NCBI GenBank assembly: GCA_035258345.1
Contig: DATEVU010000105.1
Span: 73,366 to 137,365, forward strand
Length of the DNA: 64,000 nt
Source of the DNA: Bacteroidales bacterium
GTDB taxonomy: Bacteria; Bacteroidota; Bacteroidia; Bacteroidales; UBA10428
Direction of reading: 5' to 3'
Part shown: piece by piece, positions 1 through 8,320 of the stretch
How positions within the stretch are numbered: the first letter of the stretch is position 1
How the letters are laid out: the number at the start of each line of letters is the position of its first letter
The notes under the pieces: generated by a model
What the model was told of the DNA's origin: nothing
The model's database searches: none
Seen by the model: the letters and a program-made list of their open reading frames with translations, nothing else
Translations under genes and position numbers: made by a program

Positions 1-415
1 CCCGCTCAAATGCTTCGATTATCCTCTGCCGGATGATGTCAAACGGAATACTATCGATATTTGCCGGATTGCCGGCTCCTGAAATTTCCCATCCGTACAG
101 GGCGGGATAATTACCCGTAGTTTCCCAGACATCACACCTATTTTCAGAAAATTTCCAGTCGACTCCCGATATAGTTGCATCCTGGTGTCCGAACAAAATT
201 CCCTTGCCCTGCAAATTTTTAAGGTTTATCCACAAAGCCCTGGTTTCATCGGTTAACAAGGTGTCTGCCGGTATTTCAGGAGGAGGAACAAATACGATTG
301 TGTCGGTATTTTCCATGCCGGATTTTTTATGAGATGAAACGCAGGACGAAGCTGAAAAAATAAACACAGTAAGCAACAAACACGCCTTAAGTATAACAGT
401 TGCCGGATGTACCAT
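1..415 (-). CDS. Glycoside hydrolase family 26-like (beta-mannanase type) lipoprotein, N-terminal part only; gene runs off the left edge
   Basis: Own minus-strand translation from ATG at 415: MVHPATVILKACLLLTVFIFSASSCVSSHKK (signal peptide plus lipobox Cys). It continues ...GKGILFGHQDATISGVDWKF...NYPALYGWEISGAG...IRQRIIEAFER, the conserved N-terminal GH26 pattern. Absent from the ORF track because no stop lies in the window. Confidence 0.5.
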   Translation of the reverse strand, partial: MVHPATVILKACLLLTVFIFSASSCVSSHKKSGMENTDTIVFVPPPEIPADTLLTDETRALWINLKNLQGKGILFGHQDATISGVDWKFSENRCDVWETTGNYPALYGWEISGAGNPANIDSIPFDIIRQRIIEAFER

Positions 416-426
416 AGGGGTATCGT

Positions 427-768
427 TTATTTGTGTCTTTCGCTCAAAATATCCACAACTTCCTCAATCCGGTATCCCTTTGCAGTGAGCAGTACCAGCA
501 AGTGATATAGCAGGTCGGCCGATTCGTTCAGGAATAATTCCTTATTGTTGTCTTTGGCCTCGATAATGAGTTCAACGGCCTCTTCACCAACTTTCTGGAC
601 AATTTTATTGAGGCCTTTTCTGAACAGGCTGGTGGTGTATGAATTTTCCGGCATTTCTGTTTTGCGGCGATCTATCAGATCCTGCAAATAAACCAGGAAT
701 TCGATGTTGTTTTTAGGCATAATAAAACTTTTTAGCGTGTTAGCAATTGAGCTGTTCAAAAAATTCAT
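427..768 (-). CDS. hisE: Phosphoribosyl-ATP pyrophosphohydrolase (HisE only; no HisI cyclohydrolase domain)
   Basis: 113 aa with ...ENSYTTSLFRKGLNKIVQKVGEEAVELIIEAKD...LLYHLLVLL, the typical HisE/MazG-like core. Last gene of the his operon, 7 nt after the hisF stop. Alternative start at M17 (720). Confidence 0.85.
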   Translation of the reverse strand: MNFLNSSIANTLKSFIMPKNNIEFLVYLQDLIDRRKTEMPENSYTTSLFRKGLNKIVQKVGEEAVELIIEAKDNNKELFLNESADLLYHLLVLLTAKGYRIEEVVDILSERHK

Positions 769-774
769 CAGGTT

Positions 775-1530
775 TCATAACCGTACAGGAATGTTTTGTT
801 TGGCGAGAAATTGCTTAAGCTGGGGTATGGTGATTTCATTAAAGTGAAAAATACTGGCTGCCAGTCCGGCATCAGCTTTCCCCCTGGAGAAAACCTCAGC
901 AAAATGCTCCATATTGCCTGCCCCGCCGGAGGCAATTAAAGGGATGGAAAGATTACCGGAAAGCTGTGCAAGGGCATCACAGGCAAAGCCATTTTTGGTG
1001 CCGTCGTGGTTCATGGAAGTGAACAGGATCTCGCCGGCCCCACGGCTTTCGGCCTCTTTAGCCCAGGAGAAAAGTTCCATATTGGTCGGAATACGGCCGC
1101 CATTGACATAGGCAGTCCATGTACCGTTTACTTCACGGGCATCGATAGCTACCACTACAAACTGACTGCCAAAGTTAAGCGCCATCTGATCGATCAGACC
1201 CGGATCGCGTATAGCAGCGGTGTTAAGCGAAACCTTATCTGCCCCGGCCGCAAGCAGGGCTTCGATATCAGACAGCTCGCTGATCCCTCCTCCCACAGTA
1301 AAGGGTATGTTCAGATGAAGGGCTATGCGCTTTACCAGATCAACAAAAGTTTTGCGACCTTCGTGACTGGCAGTGATGTCCAGAAAAACAAGTTCATCGG
1401 CACCCTGTTCAGCATAGGCAGCTCCCATTTCAACAGGGTCACCCACCTCGCGGATATTTACAAAATTAATACCTTTCACGGTTTGTCCGTTTCGGACATC
1501 GAGGCAGGGGATTATTCGTTTAGCGAGCAT
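775..1530 (-). CDS. hisF: Imidazole glycerol phosphate synthase, cyclase subunit
   Basis: [20 protein letters not shown]...[11 protein letters not shown]...; 251 aa; operon context. Confidence 0.95.
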   Translation of the reverse strand: MLAKRIIPCLDVRNGQTVKGINFVNIREVGDPVEMGAAYAEQGADELVFLDITASHEGRKTFVDLVKRIALHLNIPFTVGGGISELSDIEALLAAGADKVSLNTAAIRDPGLIDQMALNFGSQFVVVAIDAREVNGTWTAYVNGGRIPTNMELFSWAKEAESRGAGEILFTSMNHDGTKNGFACDALAQLSGNLSIPLIASGGAGNMEHFAEVFSRGKADAGLAASIFHFNEITIPQLKQFLAKQNIPVRL

Positions 1531-1546
1531 CGGGCTAAGATAAATT

Positions 1547-1573
1547 GTTGCGGGTTGTGATTGTTGTGGGTTG
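1547..1573 (-). repeat. CA-rich intercistronic spacer with two copies of the 11-mer CAACCC(A/G)CAAC (mRNA sense)
   Basis: Plus strand gttgcgggttg (1547-1557) and gttgtgggttg (1563-1573). In hisA-hisF mRNA sense these read CAACCCACAAC and CAACCCGCAAC. The same 11-mer occurs twice at 28460-28477. Confidence 0.7.
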
Positions 1574-1583
1574 TTATTGTTTT

Positions 1584-2303
1584 TTAAAGAAATACTTTCA
1601 ACTCCTCCAGCTTTATTTTTCCTTCATACAGCGCTTTTCCGATTATTGCTCCGGCAACACCTGATTCGTCAAGCTTCGTGATTTCCCCGATCGACGACAC
1701 CCCTCCGCTGGCCAGAAGGCGAATGGATGGAAAATCCATAACCATCTGCTTGTAGAGTTCCACGGATGATCCTTCGAGCATCCCGTCCTTTGCGATATCA
1801 GTGCACAATACCTGGTTGATTCCCATGACTTTATAGTATTTCAGAAAGTCATAGAGCCCGATCTCAGTAACATCGGTCCATCCCGAGACTGCGATATGGC
1901 CATCCCTGATATCGGCGCCGAGGATGAGCCTGTCGGGGCCATAGGCGAACAACCAGGATTGAAAAAGGTCCCTGTCCGTTACCGCCACGCTCCCGATAAC
2001 GGCCATAGCAGCTCCGCAGTTAAAAACCACCTTCAGATCTTCATCAGTTTTGATGCCGCCCCCGAAATCGATGATAAGCCCTGTTTTGGAAGCTATACGT
2101 TCCAGGCTGTTCCAATTCTTCACCTGCTTTTCCCTGGCACCGTCGAGATCTACCACATGCAGCCGTTTAATGCCATGGTCCTCAAACCGCCGCGCAGCAT
2201 CGAGGGGATCCTGCTCGTAAACTTTTTTCAACCTGTAATCGCCCTGTTCCAGGCGAACACACTTTCCTTCAATGATATCTATGGCGGGAATAACAGTAAT
2301 CAT
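1584..2303 (-). CDS. hisA: ProFAR isomerase
   Basis: [23 protein letters not shown]...HVVDLDGA...; 239 aa. Confidence 0.95.
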   Translation of the reverse strand: MITVIPAIDIIEGKCVRLEQGDYRLKKVYEQDPLDAARRFEDHGIKRLHVVDLDGAREKQVKNWNSLERIASKTGLIIDFGGGIKTDEDLKVVFNCGAAMAVIGSVAVTDRDLFQSWLFAYGPDRLILGADIRDGHIAVSGWTDVTEIGLYDFLKYYKVMGINQVLCTDIAKDGMLEGSSVELYKQMVMDFPSIRLLASGGVSSIGEITKLDESGVAGAIIGKALYEGKIKLEELKVFL

Positions 2304-2899
2304 AGCGCTAAGAAATTTTTAATGATCAGTGATCCGGCAGCCCCGCTTTTTTCGGGATGGAACTGCGTAGCATAAAAGTTCCTCCAGTGCAGGGCAGCAC
2401 TAAAAGGTACGACATAATTGCACGTGGCAATGGTGTTTTTTCCGGATTCGGCATAAAAACTGTGAACAAAATAGGTATATTGGTTTTCAGGTTCACCGGA
2501 AAACAGGTCACTTTTCAGATTAAAAATAGTATTCCATCCCATGTGCGGTACCTTTAATTTTTCACCCCCTATTGCTTCTGTCCGGAATTTTCTGACCTCT
2601 TCATCAAAGATGCCGATGCAAGAAGTATCACCTTCCTCGGAATGGCGGCACATCAACTGCAGTCCCAGGCATATTCCAAGCACGGGTTGTACCAGTTCCG
2701 GGATCAACCGGTCAAGTTTTCTTTCCCTGAGGTATTTCATGGTGGTGCTGGCTTCTCCTACCCCTGGAAAGATTACCTTGTCAGCTGACCTGATATATTC
2801 GGGGTCGTCGGTGACAAGGGCATTAATACCCAGACGTTGCAGGGCGTAATCGACCGACATGATGTTTCCCGCGTTGTATTTAATAATGGCAACCTGCAT
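2300..2899 (-). CDS. hisH: Imidazole glycerol phosphate synthase, glutamine amidotransferase subunit
   Basis: 199 aa; ...VIFPGVGEAS...VLGICLGLQLM... (GATase class I Cys); 4-nt overlap with hisA. Confidence 0.95.
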   Translation of the reverse strand: MQVAIIKYNAGNIMSVDYALQRLGINALVTDDPEYIRSADKVIFPGVGEASTTMKYLRERKLDRLIPELVQPVLGICLGLQLMCRHSEEGDTSCIGIFDEEVRKFRTEAIGGEKLKVPHMGWNTIFNLKSDLFSGEPENQYTYFVHSFYAESGKNTIATCNYVVPFSAALHWRNFYATQFHPEKSGAAGSLIIKNFLAL

Positions 2900-2937
2900 G
2901 GGCTCCTTTTAAAGTCATGTTCCTGTTTACTGCATAC

Positions 2938-3807
2938 CTATATAAAAACTATAGTCCGGTTGTTATACACCAAAGTACGGCGCTGAATGTGCATCAGAAT
3001 AGCCCTGGAAAGAACCAGTTTTTCAACATCCTTTCCCTTCATGATCAGTTTATCGATCGAATCACGGTGCGTTATCCGCACAACATCCTGGTCGATGATG
3101 GGACCTGCATCAAGCTCCGATGTAACATAATGACTGGTAGCGCCAATGATCTTAACTCCCCGTTCGTACGCCGAATGATAAGGTTTTGCTCCCGGGAAGG
3201 CCGGTAAAAACGAATGATGGATATTGATGATCTTATTTGGATATTCCCGGATAAAATCCTCACTGAGCACCTGCATATACCGGGCAAGCACTACCACCGA
3301 TATCCGGTGCTGCTTCAGCAATTCAATCTCCTTGATCTCCTGATCACTCTTGTTATCCTCATTCTTTGGGAAGAAACAAAAAGGTATGCTGAATTGTTTG
3401 GCAACCGGTTCAAGATCACGGTGGTTACTTACAATTAAAGGAATTTCCACGTCCCATTCGCCGGAATGCACCCGCGAAAGAATATCATAAAGGCAGTGCG
3501 ATAGTTTGGATACAAAAACGGCCATCCGCGGACGCTGGTCACTGAAATAGATGTTCCAGATCATGTTGTATTTGGCGGCGATCAGGGTGCCGAAGAAATC
3601 GGCTATCTTCTCCTGCGGGATCAGGAAATTTTCCAATTCCCATTCGATGCGCATGTAAAATACCTTATCCAGCCGGTCAACGTGTTCATCGAGGGTGATA
3701 ATATTGCCGTTGTTGTTATTTAGAAACGCGGTAACATTGGCAACGATACCTTTTTTATCAGGACAATGCATAAGCAGTGTCGCGGATTGCCTGTGTCGTT
3801 TGATCAT
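2938..3807 (-). CDS. purU: Formyltetrahydrofolate deformylase
   Basis: 289 aa. N-terminal ACT-like segment (LLMHCPDKKGIVANVTAFL) followed by a formyltransferase core (LIVSNHRDL...INIHHSFLPAFPGAKPYHSAYERGVKIIGATSHYVTSELDAGPII). Confidence 0.85.
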   Translation of the reverse strand: MIKRHRQSATLLMHCPDKKGIVANVTAFLNNNNGNIITLDEHVDRLDKVFYMRIEWELENFLIPQEKIADFFGTLIAAKYNMIWNIYFSDQRPRMAVFVSKLSHCLYDILSRVHSGEWDVEIPLIVSNHRDLEPVAKQFSIPFCFFPKNEDNKSDQEIKEIELLKQHRISVVVLARYMQVLSEDFIREYPNKIINIHHSFLPAFPGAKPYHSAYERGVKIIGATSHYVTSELDAGPIIDQDVVRITHRDSIDKLIMKGKDVEKLVLSRAILMHIQRRTLVYNNRTIVFI

Positions 3808-3812
3808 TATTT

Positions 3813-4940
3813 TTATAACACTCCTTTTGTTGAAGGTAATTCAGTACTGAAATCATCACGCCTGATGGCCATCTTTATTGCTCTGGCCATGGCTTTGAAT
3901 ATGGCTTCGATCTTATGATGTTCATTGGTGCCTTCGGCTTTTATATTCAGATTGCAGCGTGCAGTATCAGAAAACGATTTGAAGAAATGCAGGAACATCT
4001 CTGTAGGCATTTCACCGATCTTCTCACGTTTGAATTCGGTATTCCATACCAGCCATGGCCTACCGCCAAAATCAACCAATACCTGGGCCATGCAGTCGTC
4101 CATGGGAAGTGCGGATCCATAACGCTCCATGCCCCGTTTGCTTCCCACTGCCTGGTAAAAAGCTTCCCCAAGGGCCAGTGCCGTGTCTTCAATAGTGTGG
4201 TGCTCATCCACCTCGAGATCACCGGTTACCCTTACCCTCAGGTCGCAACCCGAGTGACGGGCCAGCTGGCTGATCATATGATCGAAAAAACCCAGGCCGG
4301 TAAATATTTCAAATTTACCGGTACCATCAAGGTTAAGGTCTACAACAATTTCAGTTTCAGCGGTTTTTCTTTCGACATGCGAAATACGGATGTCAACTGC
4401 AACTATTTTATAAATTTCGTCCCAGCTGTGGGCTACCAAGGGGATTACCTTACCAGTGTCCTTATTTTCTTCGGTTATCGAAGGGTCCGGAGAAAATAAA
4501 ACCGGTTTTGCTCCCAGGTTTAAGGCCAGTTCCACATCTGTATTCCTGTCGCCGATAACAAAGGAATTCTTTAGATCATAATCCTCCTGTAAATATTTTA
4601 AAAGCAATCCGGTACGGGGTTTCCGGGTGTTCGCGTTTTCTTCGGGGAAGGTTTTGTCGATGAGGATATCATCAAAGGTAATTCCTTCGTTCTCAAACGC
4701 TTTTAACATTTTCTCCTGGACCAATCTGAAGTTTCTCTCTGGATAGGCCGGTGTACCCAGCCCGTCCTGGTTTGATACGATCACGAGTTCATAATCGAGA
4801 TTTTTCCGGATATTGTAAAGATTCCTGAAAACTCCCGGCATAAATTCAAGTTTTTCAAGTGTGTCAACCTGAAAATCATCCTGTGGCTCCCGGATAAGTG
4901 TCCCGTCGCGGTCAATGAAAAGTACTTTTTTCATATTCAT
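3813..4940 (-). CDS. hisB: Bifunctional histidinol-phosphatase / imidazoleglycerol-phosphate dehydratase
   Basis: 375 aa. HAD motif FIDRDGTLI at the N-terminus; IGPD motifs in the C-terminal half (...[16 protein letters not shown]...[12 protein letters not shown]). Confidence 0.93.
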   Translation of the reverse strand: MNMKKVLFIDRDGTLIREPQDDFQVDTLEKLEFMPGVFRNLYNIRKNLDYELVIVSNQDGLGTPAYPERNFRLVQEKMLKAFENEGITFDDILIDKTFPEENANTRKPRTGLLLKYLQEDYDLKNSFVIGDRNTDVELALNLGAKPVLFSPDPSITEENKDTGKVIPLVAHSWDEIYKIVAVDIRISHVERKTAETEIVVDLNLDGTGKFEIFTGLGFFDHMISQLARHSGCDLRVRVTGDLEVDEHHTIEDTALALGEAFYQAVGSKRGMERYGSALPMDDCMAQVLVDFGGRPWLVWNTEFKREKIGEMPTEMFLHFFKSFSDTARCNLNIKAEGTNEHHKIEAIFKAMARAIKMAIRRDDFSTELPSTKGVL

Positions 4941-5961
4941 GCAAGGTACTGATTAATAGTGAATTTTCTTCTTCCGTTCCGATTGTGATCCTGAGATATC
5001 CCTCGCATAGCGGCATTTTCGACCGGTCGCGAACGATGATCTTCTTACCGATAAGATATGAAAAAATATCACCCGGATGGTCGAACCTAACCATTAGAAA
5101 ATTGGCATCGCTGGGAAGAATATCCTTAACAAGGGAAATTTTCAACAACTCTTTTTGCAGTAAACCTCGTTGTTCAAGGATCAGAGTTACCCACCTGTCT
5201 TTTTCCCTGGTTTCATTGAGCTGCTCCAGTGCTTTGCGCTGTGTAAGGATGTTCACATTGTAGGGATATTTAATATGGTTCAATATCCCGATGATTTCAC
5301 CGGAAGCAAGGGCCATGCCCAGCCTGATCCCGGCCATACCCCAGGCTTTGCTGAACGTCTGCAGGATTACCAGGTTGGGATATTTCTCCAGTTCACCTGA
5401 AAGCGAGCTTTCTTTTGAGAAATCGATGTATGCTTCATCAAGGATCACCAGTCCTTTAAACCGGCTGATCAGCAACAGGATATCTGAACGGTTCAAACTG
5501 TTTGAGGTGGGATTGTTGGGCGAACAGAGAAACATAAGCTTGCTGTTGCTGTCGGCAAGCCGGAGCATGGCTTCCGTATCCGGCTGATGATCATGGTTCA
5601 GCAGAACTTCGCGGAATTCCACATTGCTGATATCGGCACAGACCTTGTACATGCCATAGGTTGGCCTGATACTGATAATATTGTCCCTTCCCGGTTCGCA
5701 GAAAGCCCTGATCAGTAAATCGATTGCCTCATCGCTCCCGTTTCCCAGGAAAATGCTTTCCACCGGAACATTTTTCACGGCAGCAATTTTCTTTTTCAGT
5801 CTCATCTGCAACGGGTCGGGATAGCGGTTAAACGGACTGTTGTGGGGATTTTCATTGGCGTCGAGGAAAACAGCCTCCTCTCCTTTATATTCATCGCGTG
5901 CGGATGAATAGGGGACGAGCAACCTGATATTTTCTCTGATCAATGTGTTGAGTTCTGTCAT
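4912..5961 (-). CDS. hisC: Histidinol-phosphate aminotransferase
   Basis: 349 aa class II aminotransferase; ...[16 protein letters not shown] (PLP lysine); operon context. Confidence 0.92.
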   Translation of the reverse strand: MTELNTLIRENIRLLVPYSSARDEYKGEEAVFLDANENPHNSPFNRYPDPLQMRLKKKIAAVKNVPVESIFLGNGSDEAIDLLIRAFCEPGRDNIISIRPTYGMYKVCADISNVEFREVLLNHDHQPDTEAMLRLADSNSKLMFLCSPNNPTSNSLNRSDILLLISRFKGLVILDEAYIDFSKESSLSGELEKYPNLVILQTFSKAWGMAGIRLGMALASGEIIGILNHIKYPYNVNILTQRKALEQLNETREKDRWVTLILEQRGLLQKELLKISLVKDILPSDANFLMVRFDHPGDIFSYLIGKKIIVRDRSKMPLCEGYLRITIGTEEENSLLISTLHEYEKSTFH

Positions 5962-5976
5962 GATAGCTTTATCGCG

Positions 5977-7251
5977 TTATTTCAGTCTTACTTCTACGGC
6001 CTTGCTATGTGCCTTGAGTTCTTCGGTCTCTGCCATTTTCATGATCGCAGGACCAATATGTGAAAGTCCCTCGCGGCTGATTTGCTGAAAGGTGATCTTC
6101 TTAACATAATCATCGAGATTCACACCGTTATATGCTTTTGCATTCCCGTTGGTGGGCAGGGTATGGTTGGTCCCTGAGGCATAATCACCGGCGCTTTCAG
6201 GTGTGTAAGAACCCAGGAAAACCGAGCCGGCATTGATAACCTGTTCTGCAAGTTGCTCAGCATCGCTGGTGGCAATGATCAGGTGTTCAGGTGCGTAATC
6301 GTTTACCATATCCATTACTTCATGCATGCTGTTTAATACAATGATCTTGCTGTGTTCCAGTGAACCGGCAGCAATATCCCTTCGGGGCAGCTCAGGGAGT
6401 TGCCTTTCTACCTCATTTTTTACGGCAACAGCCATATTTTCACTGGTGGTGATCATCAGAACCTGACTGTCGGTTCCATGCTCAGCTTGCGAAAGCAGGT
6501 CAGAGGCCACAAATGACGCATTCGAAGTGTCATCGGCGATCACGGCCAGTTCCGACGGACCTGCAGGCATGTCAATGGCTGTATGAGAGCGGGAGACAAG
6601 CTGCTTTGCGGCTGTGACATACTGGTTTCCCGGTCCGAAGATCTTATATACCCTGGGTATCGAAGCAGTTCCGTAAGCCATGGCGGCAATGGCCTGGGCA
6701 CCTCCTATCCTGAATACCTGTGTTACCCCGGTTATCCTTGCAGCATACAATACTGCCGGATTAATTTTGCCGTCACGCCGGGGAGGTGTACACAGAATAA
6801 TTTCAGAACATCCGGCGATACGGGCCGGAATGGCCAGCATAAGCACCGTGGAAAACAGGGGAGCTGTTCCTCCGGGTATATACAATCCTACTTTACGGAT
6901 CGCTACAGGTTTTTGCCAGCATACAACACCAGGAGAGGTGGTAATTTTTTCCGTTTTAACCTGCTGGGCCTTATGGAAAATCTCAATGTTCCGGGTGGCT
7001 GTTTCAATGGCTGTCTTAAGATCATGGTCTACCGCCTGGCCTGCCTCGATAAATTCTTCTTCGCTCACAAACAGGCTGGAAAATATTACTTTATCGAATT
7101 TCTCGGTGTATTCAAAAAGGGCTTCGTCACCCCGTAACCTTACGTTCTCCAATATGGGTATGACCAGGGCATCCACCTCACCGGCATCCAGAACCGGTCT
7201 TTTTAACAATCCGGCCCAACCGGATCTTTCAGGATTTCGATAGATAAACAT
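5977..7251 (-). CDS. hisD: Histidinol dehydrogenase
   Basis: 424 aa; ...LLSQAEHGTDSQ...; ...SAGDYASGTNHTLPT... Confidence 0.95.
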   Translation of the reverse strand: MFIYRNPERSGWAGLLKRPVLDAGEVDALVIPILENVRLRGDEALFEYTEKFDKVIFSSLFVSEEEFIEAGQAVDHDLKTAIETATRNIEIFHKAQQVKTEKITTSPGVVCWQKPVAIRKVGLYIPGGTAPLFSTVLMLAIPARIAGCSEIILCTPPRRDGKINPAVLYAARITGVTQVFRIGGAQAIAAMAYGTASIPRVYKIFGPGNQYVTAAKQLVSRSHTAIDMPAGPSELAVIADDTSNASFVASDLLSQAEHGTDSQVLMITTSENMAVAVKNEVERQLPELPRRDIAAGSLEHSKIIVLNSMHEVMDMVNDYAPEHLIIATSDAEQLAEQVINAGSVFLGSYTPESAGDYASGTNHTLPTNGNAKAYNGVNLDDYVKKITFQQISREGLSHIGPAIMKMAETEELKAHSKAVEVRLK

Positions 7252-7261
7252 GGTTAATTCG

Positions 7262-8122
7262 CTAAACGATCATTTTTTCAATTGGGATTACCAGAATTCC
7301 TTCGGCACCGAATTCTTTGAGCTTGCCGATAATCTCCCAGAATTCATTCTCATTCACTACCGAATGTACAGAACTCCAGCCTTTTTCATAGAGGGGAAGT
7401 ACCGTGGGACTTTTCATCCCCGGCAGCAGGCTCACGATCTTATCCAGGTTTTCATTCGGGGCGTTCAACAGGATATATTTGTTATTTTTCGATTTGCGAA
7501 CTGCCTGGAACCTGAACAACAGGTCGTTCAGTATTCTCTTCTTGCCTTCGTTTATCGTTGGACTGGCAATGACAACGGCCTCGGACCGGGTGATTACTTC
7601 CACCTCTCTGAGCCTGTTATGGATCAGGGTACTTCCGGTGCTGACAATATCAAATATGGCATCCGCCAACCCTATTCCGGGAGCAATTTCAACCGAGCCG
7701 CTGATCTCATGGATCTCGGCATCCAGGTTGTTAATTTTCAGGTATTTTTTCAGTATGGTCGGGTAGGAGGTGGCTATCCGCTTCCCGTTGAAGTAAGCTA
7801 ATCCTGTATAAACATCCGATTGCGGAATGGCCAGAGACAATCGGCACCTTGCAAATCCCAGTCTTTCAACGGTATCCACATTACGGTCTTTTTCCATTAC
7901 TTCATTCTCCCCCACAATGCCAATATCGGCCACACCATCGGCCACATACTGCGGGATATCATCATCGCGAAGATACAGGATCTCAACCGGGAAGTTCTCG
8001 CCCAGCGAGATCAGCTTTCTTTTGCTGTCCTGGTTATGTCGGATACCGGATTCCTGGATCAGTTCAAGCGATTTTTCACTTAACCGGCCTTCTTTCTGAA
8101 TTGCAATTTTCAGTTTGTTCAT
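7262..8122 (-). CDS. hisG: ATP phosphoribosyltransferase (long form)
   Basis: 286 aa; MNKLKIAIQKEGRLSEKSLELI...DIVSTGSTL...; first structural gene of the operon. Confidence 0.93.
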   Translation of the reverse strand: MNKLKIAIQKEGRLSEKSLELIQESGIRHNQDSKRKLISLGENFPVEILYLRDDDIPQYVADGVADIGIVGENEVMEKDRNVDTVERLGFARCRLSLAIPQSDVYTGLAYFNGKRIATSYPTILKKYLKINNLDAEIHEISGSVEIAPGIGLADAIFDIVSTGSTLIHNRLREVEVITRSEAVVIASPTINEGKKRILNDLLFRFQAVRKSKNNKYILLNAPNENLDKIVSLLPGMKSPTVLPLYEKGWSSVHSVVNENEFWEIIGKLKEFGAEGILVIPIEKMIV

Positions 8123-8151
8123 GTAGTTCCAGTAATTAAGCTGTTCAAAAA

Positions 8152-8182
8152 CAAAAAAAAAGGTTTGCAGTAATGCAAACCC
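8152..8182 (-). terminator. Attenuator terminator of the his leader (GGUUUGCA-UUAC-UGCAAACC followed by U9)
   Basis: Plus ggtttgca 8162-8169 and tgcaaacc 8174-8181 form an 8-bp stem with a 4-nt loop. On the minus-strand RNA it is followed by nine U (plus A-run 8153-8161). It lies about 30 nt upstream of the hisG ATG. Confidence 0.8.
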
Positions 8183-8254
8183 TGAAATTATCTTCCATGT
8201 GACACATACTGCATCGTTCCGTTGTTTTACGGGTGATTATGATGGTGATGTGTC
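8166..8254 (-). promoter_or_regulatory. Alternative pairing segments of the his attenuator (1:2 and 2:3 antiterminator)
   Basis: In RNA sense, GACACAU lies inside the leader ORF (plus 8248-8254) and pairs with AUGUGUC (plus 8201-8207). The adjacent UGCAGUA (plus 8207-8213) pairs with UACUGCA in the terminator's 3' arm (plus 8166-8172). These pairings are mutually exclusive with the terminator. Confidence 0.6.
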
Positions 8255-8268
8255 CGTGTGATTTTCAT
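8227..8268 (-). CDS. hisL: Histidine operon leader peptide MKITRTHHHHNHP (13 codons plus stop)
   Basis: Own translation of the minus strand: ATG AAA ATC ACA CGG ACA CAT CAC CAT CAT AAT CAC CCG TAA. Five His occur in six consecutive codons. It sits directly upstream of a terminator hairpin and hisG. It is too short for the ORF track. Confidence 0.8.
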   Translation of the reverse strand: MKITRTHHHHNHP

Positions 8269-8320
8269 ATTTATGATATTTGAGTGCAATATTACAACAT
8301 TTAAATGATAATTGCAAATA

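Noticed and set aside
1006-1560. 184-aa plus-strand ORF (and similar ORFs at 6583-7243, 7250-7801, 3915-4499)
   Set aside because: These are antisense shadows of the well-supported his genes hisF, hisD, hisG and hisB. No motifs and no start context.
8269-8320. Promoter of the his leader
   Set aside because: Only near-consensus boxes are present in minus-strand sense (GATATTTG, and TAATATTG 27 nt upstream of the ATG). This is too weak to report as a feature without TSS data.
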